Source: Bacteroidales bacterium
GTDB taxonomy: Bacteria; Bacteroidota; Bacteroidia; Bacteroidales; VadinHA17
DNA length: 64,000 nucleotides
Direction of reading: 5' to 3'
NCBI GenBank assembly: GCA_041686075.1
Contig: JAWLEO010000014.1
Location: forward strand, 2,627-66,626
Shown here: piece by piece, positions 63,401 to 64,000 of the stretch
Layout of the letters: the number at the start of each line of letters is the position of its first letter
Position numbering within the stretch: the stretch's first letter is position 1
Notes under the pieces: model-generated
Database searches by the model: none
Seen by the model: only the letters and a program-made list of their open reading frames with translations
Told to the model about the DNA's origin: nothing
Position numbers and translations under genes: made by a program

Positions 63401-64000
63401 GGAAAATGAAGTAGAAAATAATGATAAACTGCAAGGATGCTAAGAAACCGAGACAGGAAAAGCCTTTATTTACCAACCACCCGGCAATCCGGTGTGTTGC
63501 AATCAAAAAGATAACAGAAAATAACAACCACAATATCAATGAAATTATTGTAATCCCTGAAATGAAGGTACTTGTTTCATCAAAGACAAGTGAAAAAAGA
63601 TATTGCCCTTCAATATCATAAACGGGAAAGCCGGATTCAATATCACTACTGAAACCCGTACCGGCTTTTAAACCGAGTGCTGGATTAAACCCGGATTCAA
63701 GATATTTATTCTCAATACTATATTCCCTGTAAAAATTTATAAGACATAAATATATATTATCTTCTTCCTCCAGTTTTTTTACGATCACCCGGCGATCATC
63801 AAGCTTAATAAGCTTGTCAGCAAAAAGATCATCATCGTAAACTGATGGTAAAAGAATACTGTTATTTGTCCATGCTGCTAGCTTTTCTCCTCTATATTTA
63901 AAAAAACTGTAAATACGGTTTGAATGAAGTTCATGAATGTATTCAGGTTTCTTAAAGAGGGAATCTTCTTCCGACAGCTTTTGCAGGTATTTCATGCCTT
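60471..64000 (-). CDS. Large multi-TM HAMP sensor histidine kinase (NtrY-like); probably 5'-truncated by the window edge
   Basis: H-box MAKQIAHEIKNPLTP, NAVQA, DNGVG, FTTKSSGMGLGL; frame open to the window end. Confidence 0.9.
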   Translation of the reverse strand, partial: GMKYLQKLSEEDSLFKKPEYIHELHSNRIYSFFKYRGEKLAAWTNNSILLPSVYDDDLFADKLIKLDDRRVIVKKLEEEDNIYLCLINFYREYSIENKYLESGFNPALGLKAGTGFSSDIESGFPVYDIEGQYLFSLVFDETSTFISGITIISLILWLLFSVIFLIATHRIAGWLVNKGFSCLGFLASLQFIIIFYFIFLLLDKPGIFTGMEIFSSFRFNLGPLVPSAGHLLFLSVLFLFACLEFYRYFPDPSCDGRRPSMDFLKLTVFFSISSFIFFLFNRLLHALILESNIHFKIYEILDVDIFTVISITAAGLILVGLSIYLLRFVRFCRKLRLKNIFPALVVSLVILYLLNMAAGEYSIVHILVFILLLAQAWFFRKEKSRLLNISVTFAIITAAYAAYLVPGLTWQKETEKLKVIAVNFSNQNDIYGEALLLDLWPELENDSLMPEMMNKDFLSPEDVHAVYSYLDSVYFTGYWDNYDRMYTICKEDSPLYFESDTGRVENCFDFFQNRAREMGTPVSDSNLVFLDNNSGRPYYLGCLYFKGENGGKTGLFIELIHLLKYTQSGYPELLIDKEYDKRINTGDYSIAKYINGSLVLQTGDYPFENNLNLPLNDSTGYHTVTVDAGEEYFIYSSGKISIVVARPCLTFIDIIITFTYLFVAFFILHLLMLLIIKPPENIFPGTLNFTQKLQVAFIGILLGSIVAIGTVVVILSINQYRSKHYENIEEKLGSVYIELDHKLSEVDTLTQTWSAESYSNLDELLIKFSNVFRFDINLYDTRGELVATSRREVFNNNLKSKRMNFEAYTRLKHEGQAQYIQNERIGKLEYLSAYTPFVNNQNKVLVYLNLPYFNMQSRINEETSNLIVAMINFTMILIVISLSIAVFISVRITNPLRMLQQGLASVRLEEKSKPLEYRGHDEISELVQQYNKMLDELQKSAMKLARSEREDAWREMAKQIAHEIKNPLTPMKLNVQQLYKKWKDNPENFEDNLESFKQYQIEQIDNLSSIASEFSSFARMPKASPRETDLVAHINAAADLYSDIKNIDININFNGLKEVKVFADKEQMNSMLSNVIRNAVQAIPGSRKGIINISLSVNNNRALIRVEDNGVGIPDELKDKLFTPNFTTKSSGMGLGLAIVKRVVETADGEIWFESEPGRGSVFYIEYPLLSYSLE

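Noticed and set aside
27338-63621. Long antisense ORFs inside housekeeping genes (e.g. 27338-27907, 38335-38952, 40943-41464)
   Set aside because: They lie almost entirely on the opposite strand of well-supported genes and show no independent motifs.

Overview
Bacteroidota (Bacteroidales-like) chromosomal window. The phylum call rests on TAnnTTTG -7 promoter boxes, T9SS PorP/SprF and type A/B CTD proteins, and fused SecDF. The right part (about 26.8-64 kb) is mostly housekeeping: an SLC12-like transporter, mutS, saccharopine dehydrogenase, tatA, secDF, a MacAB-TolC-like operon, glmM, rluB-era-der, a T9SS adhesin/PorP/SpoIIE operon and an NtrY-like kinase. The left part is accessory: a 5'-truncated type IIG R-M gene next to tRNA-Phe, then an island of about 20 kb (6-26 kb) on the 3' side of tRNA-Leu(TAA). 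The most unusual signal is that this island is segmented by three 28-bp sites (GGTRCC-N5-YGGRCGRAAGTTGCAAC) whose left half resembles the tRNA-Leu 3' end, two matching end sites (TTCAAA(A)GTTGCAASCCTG) and a duplicated ~100-bp non-coding element, with no integrase in the window. It reads as a tandem cassette array. The cargo includes three paralogous membrane-anchored TolB-N/TPR proteins with swapped N-termini (one carries an AraC HTH), whose differences are mostly non-synonymous. It also carries AAA-DUF4143 genes, a MazF-type TA pair, Fic, PfpI and a frameshifted T9SS subtilase. All family calls come from motif reading only; no searches were run.
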